Of a stretch of DNA of 35,117 nt, positions 1 to 9,104 are shown one piece after another. Position numbers and translations under genes: made by a program. Source of the DNA: Candidatus Shapirobacteria bacterium (GTDB lineage Bacteria; Patescibacteriota; Microgenomatia; UBA12405); assembly GCA_026395315.1 (NCBI GenBank), contig JAPLYY010000024.1, forward strand, positions 1 through 35,117, read 5' to 3'. The first letter of the stretch is position 1; each line of letters starts with the position of its first letter. The notes beneath the pieces were generated by a model. It had not been told where the DNA came from. It worked only from the letters and a program-made list of their open reading frames with translations, and made no database searches.

Positions 1-189
1 CATCGCTATCTGTTGATGATGTTGCGAGTATGATTTCAAACCTCTAATTCTTCGAGAGTAAACAGTTTACCAAAATCGAACACTTCGGGAGTCCTTACCT
101 TGTTATATAAACTGGAATATGGTAGGAATTGATAAAGTAGGTTTTAATGGAGTCAATGGTTCAATGCATTCACTCGGCGGTAGCCGAGC

Positions 190-328
190 AAAAATCGCGC
201 GCGCAAAAAATAAAAAATATTAGCGAGGCCGAAGGCCGAGCGAAGATGGCGCGGCGAGTGGCCGGCCGCACTCGCCGCGCCTACCTTTGTTTGAAATCAG
301 TTCGAATTTTTTCGAAAACACTCACCAA
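190..328. repeat. B-type att arm (end of a further LSR2-family element extending left of the window) joined to the LSR1 3' end at core CTCACCAA
   Basis: AAAAATCGCGCGCGCAAAAAATAA (190-213) and TTGAAATCAGTTCGAATTTTTTCGAAAACACTCAC match the arm at 30521-30649. 13-bp GC stem GGCGCGGCGAGTG/CACTCGCCGCGCC at 248-281. Confidence 0.75.
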
Positions 329-1994
329 CTGGTACTGAAGCAGTACCAAAGTGGTGTTTTAGTCCTAAATACGGGGCTAATCTGGGGGTTCCAGAAGTTA
401 AATCTGAGTAGGTTGGCATACCATCAAAAATGAGTCCGAAAAAGGCTGCTCGTTTGAGTGGATTAGCCGTATCTATCAACAATTCTTCGAGGTGTTCCAG
501 AAAGTATCCAATGCGCTCCATGACGTTCTCCATATTAATGGTATAGATTTCCTTGGTTTTTTCTTTCTTCTCATGCTCCAGTTGTTCTATATCCGCCTCG
601 GCTTTTAATAGATCTGCCTCCATATATTTAATAGCAACCTCTGATGATAAAAACTTTATTTTATCGGCAGATGCCTGGGCTGATGCTTTTAGCTCCATAA
701 TTTTTTTATCAATTATCGATCCGTCCTGTATTTTGCTACCCACTCGTTCGTTCCATTTTGCTACAACATATTTTTTCAGATTGTCGATATATTCCTGATC
801 AAACTTTAAGTTTCTAACGAAATCTTCGACCGTCTGCTCTAGCTCTTTAGAAGAGACTCGGAAATAGTGTCCGCGCTTGTTGCAATGATAGGCTGGGTAA
901 TATGTTCCTAAATGACCTCGCGAGGCACTACCAAATAAGGGTTTATGACATTCGGGACACATAATGACGCGCTTGTATGGAAATTTTGGATTGTTAATAA
1001 GTTTCTTGGTCATCCAATCCGGCAATTTTTTCTTCCAGAGTTTTACATCGTCACCAGTTTGAGATAACACCAGTTTACCCTTATTGGCTTTATTAAAAGT
1101 ATCAATAGATATTAATCCTTCGAATTTGCCTTTGACGACTTGGCCCTCTGTCCATTTTTCATTATTTATACCGGCAAATATGGGATTTTGGATATAGCGC
1201 CAAAATTGTTTAATTCTTAGAGGTTTACTGCCTCGTTGTCCGATTACTTTTGTCCGATCGTTCGGGTCACGGACAAATTGTTTTCTCGATTTATAACCCA
1301 TCCGGTTAATCTCATCGACTATTTCCTGGTCAGACATAGTGCCCTGGCAACGTAGATCAAACATTTTTATAATCCATTGAGACTCTTCCGGATTGGGTTT
1401 AAGAATAACTCGTTTGCCATGGGGCGTCTCTATTTTCTCATTCACATATCCAAATGGCGGTTGTCTGACCCGATATCCCATACGGACATATCTGATTTCT
1501 GCTCCGATCATACGGGTCATGATATCCCGCATTTCATCTTTAGCTCGTTCTGCCTCAAGAATCTCTGACTTTTTCGTCGGACTATAAACACTCCATTTAT
1601 ACGAAATATTAAGATGTTCGAGAGTATTTACATCTTTGCTCCCAATAATGCCATAAATATCAACTAACTGAACCTTATGGTTTTCCAGCTGCATTTTAAG
1701 ATGGTCGTATAAGTAAGAGCCACCACGGGTAAAACGATCGATGGATTTAATAATAAATAGCTGAATGTTATTCTTCGGATTTTTACAGTAATCGATTGCC
1801 TCCTGAACCGGCTGTTCTTCTTTGGAGGCAGACTCCATGAAGATAAAGAACTTCTTAACTTTGATATTACGTGCCAAAGCAAACCGTTCTATCTGTTCCT
1901 TTTGGGCTTCCGGAGAATCACCTTCTAATCCTTGTTTAAGGGATGAAATACGTATTGCCGCGACTGCATTTTCTTGAACAGATGTTGGGTTCAT
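297..1994 (-). CDS. Large serine recombinase (LSR1): resolvase, recombinase, zinc-ribbon and coiled-coil domains
   Basis: N-terminal IRISS...Q...S...Q catalytic motif, SIDRFTR, PPFGY, CPEC...YHC zinc ribbon, coiled coil; 565 aa. Confidence 0.92.
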   Translation of the reverse strand: MNPTSVQENAVAAIRISSLKQGLEGDSPEAQKEQIERFALARNIKVKKFFIFMESASKEEQPVQEAIDYCKNPKNNIQLFIIKSIDRFTRGGSYLYDHLKMQLENHKVQLVDIYGIIGSKDVNTLEHLNISYKWSVYSPTKKSEILEAERAKDEMRDIMTRMIGAEIRYVRMGYRVRQPPFGYVNEKIETPHGKRVILKPNPEESQWIIKMFDLRCQGTMSDQEIVDEINRMGYKSRKQFVRDPNDRTKVIGQRGSKPLRIKQFWRYIQNPIFAGINNEKWTEGQVVKGKFEGLISIDTFNKANKGKLVLSQTGDDVKLWKKKLPDWMTKKLINNPKFPYKRVIMCPECHKPLFGSASRGHLGTYYPAYHCNKRGHYFRVSSKELEQTVEDFVRNLKFDQEYIDNLKKYVVAKWNERVGSKIQDGSIIDKKIMELKASAQASADKIKFLSSEVAIKYMEADLLKAEADIEQLEHEKKEKTKEIYTINMENVMERIGYFLEHLEELLIDTANPLKRAAFFGLIFDGMPTYSDLTSGTPRLAPYLGLKHHFGTASVPVGECFRKNSN

Positions 1995-2143
1995 AGGTTG
2001 TTAGTTGTTTTAATATTCTCTTTTTCGATAATTCGATCGACGATGAGGTTGGCGATTATTTTTAGTCTCTCTTCTACGGATAATTGAGGACCATTTTGAG
2101 GTAAATTCTTCGATTCTTTTGCTTCTACTCTTATTCGTTTCAT
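1991..2143 (-). CDS. Small 50-aa protein translationally coupled to LSR1 (possible directionality/accessory factor); not in the ORF track
   Basis: Hand translation MKRIRVEAKESKNLPQNGPQLSVEERLKIIANLIVDRIIEKENIKTTNNL*. Its TGA overlaps the LSR1 ATG (ATGA) and a promoter lies just upstream. Confidence 0.7.
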   Translation of the reverse strand: MKRIRVEAKESKNLPQNGPQLSVEERLKIIANLIVDRIIEKENIKTTNNL

Positions 2144-2161
2144 AGCAGGTATTTATTACAA

Positions 2162-2206
2162 ACTATCACTATAGTGATAGTATAGCAAATACAATGCCGG
2201 TGTCAA
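2162..2206 (-). promoter_or_regulatory. Sigma70-type promoter for the small ORF/LSR1 with an overlapping 20-bp perfect palindromic operator
   Basis: Minus strand TTGACA(2206-2201)-16 bp-TATACT(2184-2179) with TG extension. Palindrome ACTATCACTATAGTGATAGT at 2162-2181. Confidence 0.7.
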
Positions 2207-2286
2207 GCTCTTTTCCTCAACTAAAACCCTTTGCGAAAACCTTGCCTCTGGAGTATCATTCGAGCAACATCGAATATGGTTACTAG

Positions 2287-4929
2287 ATGATGTTAGCTGC
2301 CCAAACACGGACAGCTATGTGGAAAAATAATATTGTTCTCAAAATCTTCCAGAAAGAATTTGTTTCTTACAGTCATTCTTTAAGTCCGTATTTTCTGTCT
2401 TTTTCTCATTTCATTGTTGTCTATCTGCCTTTTCTTATTTGGCTTGTTGTTGCGCTAACTATTTTCTGGATTTGTTACATCTCAGTTAGACTCTACCTGT
2501 TTTGGAAAGAATCAAACAAACCGGTCACGATATTTGAAGTAGTTCCTCCCACATTAACCGAACAGAGTTCGTTCACGACAACTCAACTGTTTACTTCTGT
2601 TCATGGGTTACTACGCCAGCGATCTTGGATACTCCGTTTATTCGATGTCACAAAGTCGTATGCTTTTGAAATTGTTTCAACAAAAGAAAAAGGTATTTGT
2701 TATATCCTGCGGGTTTCTGCTGATGATGCTCAAATCATCAAGAAAAATTTATTAGCATATTTACCTGGTATTCAGATCAAAGAAACGAATGACTATTTTA
2801 AAGACAATTGTGATCAAGGCCATGTCATTGATATCCATTTAACCAGACATTTCGCTTTCCCACTTAAAAAACAAGACAACCTTGAAGAATACGATCCGAT
2901 TGCCTATATCACCGGATCAATGACTAAACTGGTTGATGATGAAATGGTAGCTGTACAAACGATTGTATCGCCTATAAATAGGTCAACGGCGCACGTTATT
3001 GGACGGCTTCGGTCGCTTTTCCTCGGGGACAAAGATGTTCTTTCTGAATTACAAACGACTAATCCGTTAGGCTCTTTTTTGGTACCGATTATCCATTTGC
3101 TTCTGCAAATCTTATTATTTCCATTGGGCTTATTAATCTGGATAGTTACAGTTGGTCGGGAAGGGCCAATCCTGCCAATTATGTCCTTAAAAGGTCAATT
3201 ACCGGATAGCACTTACAGGGATATTGTTGAAACTCAAATCAAGCAAAAGATAGATCAACAATTGTTTACCGTTTCTTTACGGTTACTCACGGTTTCTAGT
3301 TCTTACTCAAACAAATCAAAAATTGAAAAAGGTTTTATTGCCGCGTTGTCTCCATTTACTAATGCAGGGTATCAATCACTTAGACCCAAAAGATATATCA
3401 AAATCAAAGCAGTAAACAAGATACTGCTTTGGCTCTATCAACATAGATTATTGGGTCTCAGTGGCAATTTGACGCTCTCTATGTCTGAGTTATCCGATCT
3501 CTATCATTTCCCCTATACCAGTACCACTAAAACCGAGAATCTTTCAAAATTACACAGCAAAGAATTACCAGCACCGTTATCCCTGAAACAAAAAACTGAG
3601 TGTGATCTGTATTTTGCCAAAAATACGTATGGAGGAACGGAAACGAAAATTGGATTAACGGTTGATGAACGCCGCCGCCATGTCTATATCTTGGGTGCTA
3701 CCGGTACAGGAAAATCCACAATGCTTCTGTCTATGATCCAGCAGGACATCGAGCACAATAAAGGGTTATGTGTGATCGATCCGCACGGAGATTTAATCGA
3801 ACAGGTCTTATCGGTTATTCCTAAATCGCACATTCCTGATGTGGTCTACTTTAACCCTGATGATATAAGTTTCCCGATGGGAATTAATTTATTAGAGTTA
3901 ACCCCAGGCTTGAATCCTGAAAACGCGGTCAGAGAACAGGAGTTTATTGCTGAAAGCATTATTTCAATTTTTCAAAAAATCTACACCGATAAATACTCAG
4001 GCCCGAGAATGGAATATATTTTGAGAAACACAATACATACTGCTTTTACTATTCCGGACGCAACACTCTTTACCATTTACAAACTTCTCATTAATACAGG
4101 CTTTAGAAAATCAGTGGTACGAAACTTAACCGACGAAAATCTTAAGGACTTTTGGAAGTATGAGTTTGCTAAAGCCGGAGATTATCAAAAAGTTAAAATG
4201 ATTTCGCCGATTACCAACAAGATTGGTCGTTTCCTATTTTCTCCAACTGCCAAACGGATTCTCGAACAGGGAAAATCCACCATTAATTTCGACACTATTC
4301 TTAATGACGGGAAAATACTTCTTTGCAATCTTTCGAAGGGCAAGATCGGAGAGGATAATTCCAGTGTCTTTGGAGTCCTCATTATGGCCAAGGTTCAGTT
4401 GGCTTCCTTAAAACGTGCCAGGATGAAGCAAGAAGAACGCAGGGATTTCTATTTATATGTTGACGAGTTCCAAAACTTTGCCACTCCGGCATTTGCTCAA
4501 ATTCTGTCCGAGGCCCGTAAGTATCGACTTGATGCCATATTAGCTCACCAAACAACTTCACAAATTGAAGACAACTCACTGGTAAATGTAACTCTGGCTA
4601 ATACGGGTACAGTAATCTGTTTCCGAACGGCTAATCCTGAAGATGAGCGGATGATATTGCCGCAATTTAGGCCATATATTGAACAGGGAGAAATTGCCAG
4701 CTTGCCCTCGTATCGTTTCTATATACGGCTTGGAGCTATGAATCCGGAAGAGCCGTTCTCAGGCATTACCGTTCCTGTTCATATCGAATACAGTCAAAAA
4801 CGGATAGATGAAGTCATTGAGTCTTCGCGCCATTTATATGCCAGGGAATGGAAAGAGGAATCTCCTAATACACCACCAATTAAAAGTGAGAAAAAAACAG
4901 CTTCACATTCAACAAGCCTCTTACCTTAG
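2287..4929 (+). CDS. VirD4/TraD-like type IV coupling ATPase with membrane-anchored N-terminal region
   Basis: Hydrophobic TM segments; RRRHVYILGATGTGKS Walker A; IDPHGDL; LYVDEFQ Walker B; SEARKYRL..AHQ. Confidence 0.85.
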   Translation: MMLAAQTRTAMWKNNIVLKIFQKEFVSYSHSLSPYFLSFSHFIVVYLPFLIWLVVALTIFWICYISVRLYLFWKESNKPVTIFEVVPPTLTEQSSFTTTQLFTSVHGLLRQRSWILRLFDVTKSYAFEIVSTKEKGICYILRVSADDAQIIKKNLLAYLPGIQIKETNDYFKDNCDQGHVIDIHLTRHFAFPLKKQDNLEEYDPIAYITGSMTKLVDDEMVAVQTIVSPINRSTAHVIGRLRSLFLGDKDVLSELQTTNPLGSFLVPIIHLLLQILLFPLGLLIWIVTVGREGPILPIMSLKGQLPDSTYRDIVETQIKQKIDQQLFTVSLRLLTVSSSYSNKSKIEKGFIAALSPFTNAGYQSLRPKRYIKIKAVNKILLWLYQHRLLGLSGNLTLSMSELSDLYHFPYTSTTKTENLSKLHSKELPAPLSLKQKTECDLYFAKNTYGGTETKIGLTVDERRRHVYILGATGTGKSTMLLSMIQQDIEHNKGLCVIDPHGDLIEQVLSVIPKSHIPDVVYFNPDDISFPMGINLLELTPGLNPENAVREQEFIAESIISIFQKIYTDKYSGPRMEYILRNTIHTAFTIPDATLFTIYKLLINTGFRKSVVRNLTDENLKDFWKYEFAKAGDYQKVKMISPITNKIGRFLFSPTAKRILEQGKSTINFDTILNDGKILLCNLSKGKIGEDNSSVFGVLIMAKVQLASLKRARMKQEERRDFYLYVDEFQNFATPAFAQILSEARKYRLDAILAHQTTSQIEDNSLVNVTLANTGTVICFRTANPEDERMILPQFRPYIEQGEIASLPSYRFYIRLGAMNPEEPFSGITVPVHIEYSQKRIDEVIESSRHLYAREWKEESPNTPPIKSEKKTASHSTSLLP

Positions 4930-4966
4930 TAATGAAATATAAGACAGTTTATACTACAATCGATTT

Positions 4967-7078
4967 ATGTCAGAAGTAGATTCCCCAATAAAGTTAGAAC
5001 CTGTCTTTTTTGGTAAGGGAGAAGCGGCTTCTCATCTACATCTTTCAAATACACAACGGGAAGCGGTCAAGGCTATTACCCTGGGTATTACTGAAGTAGA
5101 TGAAGCGGTGAGAGCCCAAGCAGTTCCTGATATCATTAATACTCTTGAAAATGGTCATCCACTCAACCGCTTAATTACAGACCCTGAAGGTAAAACGATT
5201 GGCTATATTGCCTGCGAAGATTTTGTTCCTCAAGAAGCATATATAAAATACCTCGGAACAACAAGGAATTCAGGTCGAAGTCTACTTGAGGAAATACCTG
5301 CTTTCTTAAATTTTGCAAAAGATCATGGATACAAGAAACTTAATTTTCATGGTTGGAATGACCGATTAAATCATGTAATGGAACACTACGGTTTTAAAAA
5401 TACTCGGACTGATGCAATGGGAGGACATAATATAAATTATTATGAACGGTCACTACTTTCCCATAAAGGGAAACCGCTAGATGAGGGGCAATTTGAAAAA
5501 GAATACCAAAAGGTCATGAATATGGTTGAACCTGAGGAACGAAGTAAAAAGGAACGGGAAATTACTCGTGTGTTTCAGGAAGTAAGCGGCAGGCTTACAA
5601 GTTATGAAAAAACATTACCGAGAGAGAAACAAAGATTTGAATTTGGTCAGCGTCAGCAGGATATTTTAAAACTGAAACTCGCGCGCCATTTTCAAAACAG
5701 CGAAACCATTGACGCAAACACCCTCTATGACGCCATCATTGAAAGTCCAAAATTTATTGATAATGACAAAGGTTCCCTGAAGCACTTATTTGAAGTTCAT
5801 GAAGTGAAGACGTTACAAAAACTTGCCGAAGCACGCAAAAAATTGGCTGAAAGATCGGGAGATCAAAGTTTTAACCCGTATGAAAATTTATTTACCACCA
5901 CATCCGGCAAGTATTATATGGCAAGGCTTTTAAATATGCCCCATTTAGAGCAAGAGTCCGCATATCTGAAACACTGTGTAGGGACAAGTGATTCCTATAT
6001 TAATCAAATGAAACGGGGAGAAATTGAAATACTTTCTTTTAGAAATGTACCCAAATTTAATCCACTCACCCAGGAGCTTGAAGGTGATACCCCCATTTTT
6101 ACCATTGAGTATAATCTGAAAACAAATATAATTGAGCAAATTAAAGGCAGAAAAATGAGTGATCGTACAGAGCTGCTTATTTCTCCGAATGATGCTTACT
6201 TTAACGATATAATTGATGCATTAAAAACACTGCGGTCAACCAGAACAGATAACGGCAAGTTAAGAAATTTCACCGAGATTTCCCCAAGTGAATTACAAAA
6301 TATTCATGTTGATGTATATCAGGTCTTTACTGAAAATGGACCTGTTTCCTTTAGAGATTTCGACCCAGATTCTGGAGTGTTTGCCTTAAAGATGGGTAAG
6401 ATGTCGATTGACGCAACTATGTCTCATGAAGATGTTGCTAAAATTGTCAGACTGACAAAAGGAGTTAGGTGTTTACCAGAAGAAATTGCTCTGGCTCAAG
6501 AAGAAGTGTCTGCTCAAACCAAAGTGCTGTATGTCGATAAACTTTCTTCAAGGTTTTTTCAGTGGCTACCTGAAAATGTTGAACATGTCTACGACTCTTT
6601 TTCAGAAGGTAAAATTAGTAGAGAGAGTATAGTGGCTGGAGGTATAAGTGCGAAGGTACTGGTAACTGATATGAAACAAAAGGGAATGGAACCAAGCGAT
6701 TATGCCAAATCAATGATGGAAAATTCGGATTTTGTTACATTAAAGCAATCGGAAAAAATAGACTTAATTCATCTAACGGTTGGTGACATGGGTTTTACTG
6801 ATATACCAACGACCGATGAACTTTATCAGAGAGCTTTGGAGTTAGGTCTAGAACTTTGCCCACCAGAAGTTGGTCCAGCACTTCGTTTGAAAGATGAAAA
6901 TCAAGCAATGTGGAGTAGCTATTATATTGGAATGAAGCAAATTTCTGGCTCTGACGGCGGTCCGGACGTGTTCGAGGTCGGACGCGGTGGCGATACCCCG
7001 TGGTTGCGTAGCGTTTGGGCCTATCCGGGCTATCACTGGGCTCTCGACCGTGAGTTTGTCTTCCGTCTTCGCAAGTAA
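4967..7078 (+). CDS. DGR1 target protein: GNAT-like N-terminal domain, PcfJ-like middle domain, C-terminal variable (CLec-type) domain
   Basis: Last ~45 codons are the VR matching TR1. IGYIAC..AYIKYLG..AKDHGYKKLNF..MEHYGF resembles GNAT; LEQESAYLKHCVG..Y..ILSFR..FTIEY..IEQIKG resembles PcfJ. Domain calls are from motif recognition only. Confidence 0.85.
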   Translation: MSEVDSPIKLEPVFFGKGEAASHLHLSNTQREAVKAITLGITEVDEAVRAQAVPDIINTLENGHPLNRLITDPEGKTIGYIACEDFVPQEAYIKYLGTTRNSGRSLLEEIPAFLNFAKDHGYKKLNFHGWNDRLNHVMEHYGFKNTRTDAMGGHNINYYERSLLSHKGKPLDEGQFEKEYQKVMNMVEPEERSKKEREITRVFQEVSGRLTSYEKTLPREKQRFEFGQRQQDILKLKLARHFQNSETIDANTLYDAIIESPKFIDNDKGSLKHLFEVHEVKTLQKLAEARKKLAERSGDQSFNPYENLFTTTSGKYYMARLLNMPHLEQESAYLKHCVGTSDSYINQMKRGEIEILSFRNVPKFNPLTQELEGDTPIFTIEYNLKTNIIEQIKGRKMSDRTELLISPNDAYFNDIIDALKTLRSTRTDNGKLRNFTEISPSELQNIHVDVYQVFTENGPVSFRDFDPDSGVFALKMGKMSIDATMSHEDVAKIVRLTKGVRCLPEEIALAQEEVSAQTKVLYVDKLSSRFFQWLPENVEHVYDSFSEGKISRESIVAGGISAKVLVTDMKQKGMEPSDYAKSMMENSDFVTLKQSEKIDLIHLTVGDMGFTDIPTTDELYQRALELGLELCPPEVGPALRLKDENQAMWSSYYIGMKQISGSDGGPDVFEVGRGGDTPWLRSVWAYPGYHWALDREFVFRLRK

Positions 7079-7082
7079 CTTT
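6944..7082 (+). repeat. DGR1 variable region (VR1)
   Basis: 139-bp ungapped alignment to the reverse complement of 8521-8659. About 22 of 24 mismatches are at TR adenines. Confidence 0.95.
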
Positions 7083-7114
7083 GACCCTTTGTTCCTTAGT
7101 TCCTCCTTTACTAC

Positions 7115-8212
7115 TTAGGGATTTTGATTCTTTGACTCTTTGTTCTCCTTGTCGCGAAGCGACTCAGTCATAATTTTTTGTGAGAGCTTGTATGTGTTCC
7201 CATGACGCAATAAACCCAAATATGAATTTAATGTTTCCAATGAGTTGTTTTGTCGCAGTCTTTTCAACATGTGGTGTTTGGTGGCCGTACGGAGAATTCG
7301 ATGATGACCAAAATGTACCCAACCTAAAAAATCAATTCCTGAGGCAAGCGTTTTGATAAAGACTTTTTTAGGATGAAGGGAAAGTTTTAAATTTGTTTCT
7401 AAATATTCGGAAAGTTTTGGAATAAGTTCTTCTAAGTATATTTTACTTTGACTAAAGATGAGAAAGTCGTCAGCATAGCGCAAATAATATTTCACTTTCA
7501 ATTTTCTTTTCACAAATTGATCGAATTGATTCATATAAATATTAACGAGAAGCTGACTGGTTAAATTGCCAAGAGGAAGCCCAACACTAAGTTTTCCAAC
7601 AGTTTCAAAACTATCAATGACTTGTTCCAGAAGCCACATGATATCAGGATCTTTAATGGATTCTTTTAAGATATTTTTGAGAACAGCGTGGTCAACACTG
7701 GCAAAAAATTTTCTAATATCACCCTTTAAAATCCAAGTGGTTTTCGTGTTATTTTGAGATGCCTTTCGTCCAAAACTTCTGGCTCTATCCATGGCCTTAT
7801 ATGTGCCCTTACCCATTCTGCAAGAATAGGAATCAAAGATAAATTGACGATCAAAATAAGGATAGAGACTACGGTGAAGAGCATGATGAACGATTCTATC
7901 GCGGAGACTTGCCTTGTGAATATCTCTTGGTTTGGGATCGCTTATTTTAAAAGCAAAATAGCCACCATGTCGATATGTTTTGGTAATCAAGTCTTCATAA
8001 AGAGAAATCAAATTATCGGAAAAATGTAAGATAAATGTAGCAACATCTTTTCTGTTCTTTTTTCCTCGTAAGAATTCCTGCCATGAGGTTAGTAAATTTT
8101 CAAAAGAAACGATATCATTATACCTATGGTTAAAACGCTTTCTTTTAGCAGCGCTTCGATTTTGATTAAAATCAAAGATGGATATTTGCTCTGGACGAGT
8201 ATTGTTTCTCAT
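7115..8212 (-). CDS. DGR reverse transcriptase (RT1)
   Basis: DPKPRDIH..RDRIVHHA, GDIRKFF, GLPLGNLTSQ (DGR-type SQ motif), YLRYADDF, GIDFLG; no intron maturase/endonuclease domain. Exact start uncertain. Confidence 0.93.
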   Translation of the reverse strand: MRNNTRPEQISIFDFNQNRSAAKRKRFNHRYNDIVSFENLLTSWQEFLRGKKNRKDVATFILHFSDNLISLYEDLITKTYRHGGYFAFKISDPKPRDIHKASLRDRIVHHALHRSLYPYFDRQFIFDSYSCRMGKGTYKAMDRARSFGRKASQNNTKTTWILKGDIRKFFASVDHAVLKNILKESIKDPDIMWLLEQVIDSFETVGKLSVGLPLGNLTSQLLVNIYMNQFDQFVKRKLKVKYYLRYADDFLIFSQSKIYLEELIPKLSEYLETNLKLSLHPKKVFIKTLASGIDFLGWVHFGHHRILRTATKHHMLKRLRQNNSLETLNSYLGLLRHGNTYKLSQKIMTESLRDKENKESKNQNP

Positions 8213-8509
8213 ATTCCTAAGTGTGCCCGATATACCATTGGTACACGAATTGAAAATAAATTTTTAGATCTTTTGGAACTTTCCTATCACACCTACTTTA
8301 CAGAGAAAGATAAAAAGATAGAAAAAATTACTGAATGTATCTCAATTCTAGATACCTTAAAATTTTTTATCTATATTTCTTGGGAGGCAAAATTTATTTC
8401 TCCTAAAAGTTATGAGTCAATGACGGTTATACTTGATACTGTTGGAAAAATGTTTGGTGGCTGGAAGAAAAGTTTGGAAATTTTAGAGAAGAAAAAAGAC
8501 ACCTCTTAG
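8126..8509 (+). CDS. avd: Avd-like accessory variability determinant (four-helix bundle), antisense to RT1/TR1
   Basis: 127 aa helical protein with IPKCARYTIGTRIEN...LDTLKFFI..SWE...VGKMFGGW pattern; lies between TR and RT. Confidence 0.8.
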   Translation: MVKTLSFSSASILIKIKDGYLLWTSIVSHIPKCARYTIGTRIENKFLDLLELSYHTYFTEKDKKIEKITECISILDTLKFFIYISWEAKFISPKSYESMTVILDTVGKMFGGWKKSLEILEKKKDTS

Positions 8510-8520
8510 GCGTACAAAAG

Positions 8521-8659
8521 AAAGATACTTTCGAAGACGGAAGACAAACTCATTGTCGAGATTCCAGTGATTGTCCGGATTGGCCCAATTGCTATTCAAC
8601 CACGGGGTGTCGTCATTGCGTTCGACCTTGAACACGTTCGGATTGCCGTCAGAGTCAGT
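8521..8659 (-). ncRNA. DGR1 template repeat (TR1)
   Basis: Minus strand is rich in AAT/AAC codons and differs from VR1 almost only at adenines; same strand as and upstream of RT1. Confidence 0.93.
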
Positions 8660-9004
8660 TTTTTGTATGAAGTGCCATCTTTGCCACTGTTCCCGGAAAA
8701 TGCCGAAGAACTGTATTGTATGTGTGATATAAAATCAACCAGCACTCCACACCAAGTATATTTCTTTAAAAGACAGGACTGTAAATCCTCTGTAGAAAGC
8801 CGTAACCATCTGCAATCTCAATTTCCAGCTGTCAGAAAGATCTCGAGAAGCCGTAACCGCTCAATATAATCTATCTAACGAAAGTATAACAGAAACATAT
8901 TGTGTATTTTGATCAATTATATAGATGATTATCAGACGATTTATGTCCTGGTTGGTTAGGAATTATTAAGTGGTATTTTTGGTTGATATCATCATGGTAA
9001 TCTT

Positions 9005-9022
9005 TTACCTACCGGTAGGTAA
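9005..9022. promoter_or_regulatory. Perfect 18-bp palindrome upstream of the relaxase (candidate oriT or operator element)
   Basis: TTACCTACCGGTAGGTAA in the AT-rich intergenic region before the relaxase-like gene; function inferred from position only. Confidence 0.4.
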
Positions 9023-9104
9023 TGAGATATTTTTATTTAGGCCGATAGATAGGGTTATTTATTTTTTACTTTTACTTCTTATTCCTTATATATAAGGGAG
9101 AGGA

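Noticed and set aside
147..338. 63-aa plus-strand ORF
   Set aside because: Runs through GC-rich att-arm hairpins and overlaps the LSR1 end; no coding features.
8567..8869. 100-aa ORF and its look-alike 6848-7036
   Set aside because: Antisense readings of TR1 and VR1, not independent genes.
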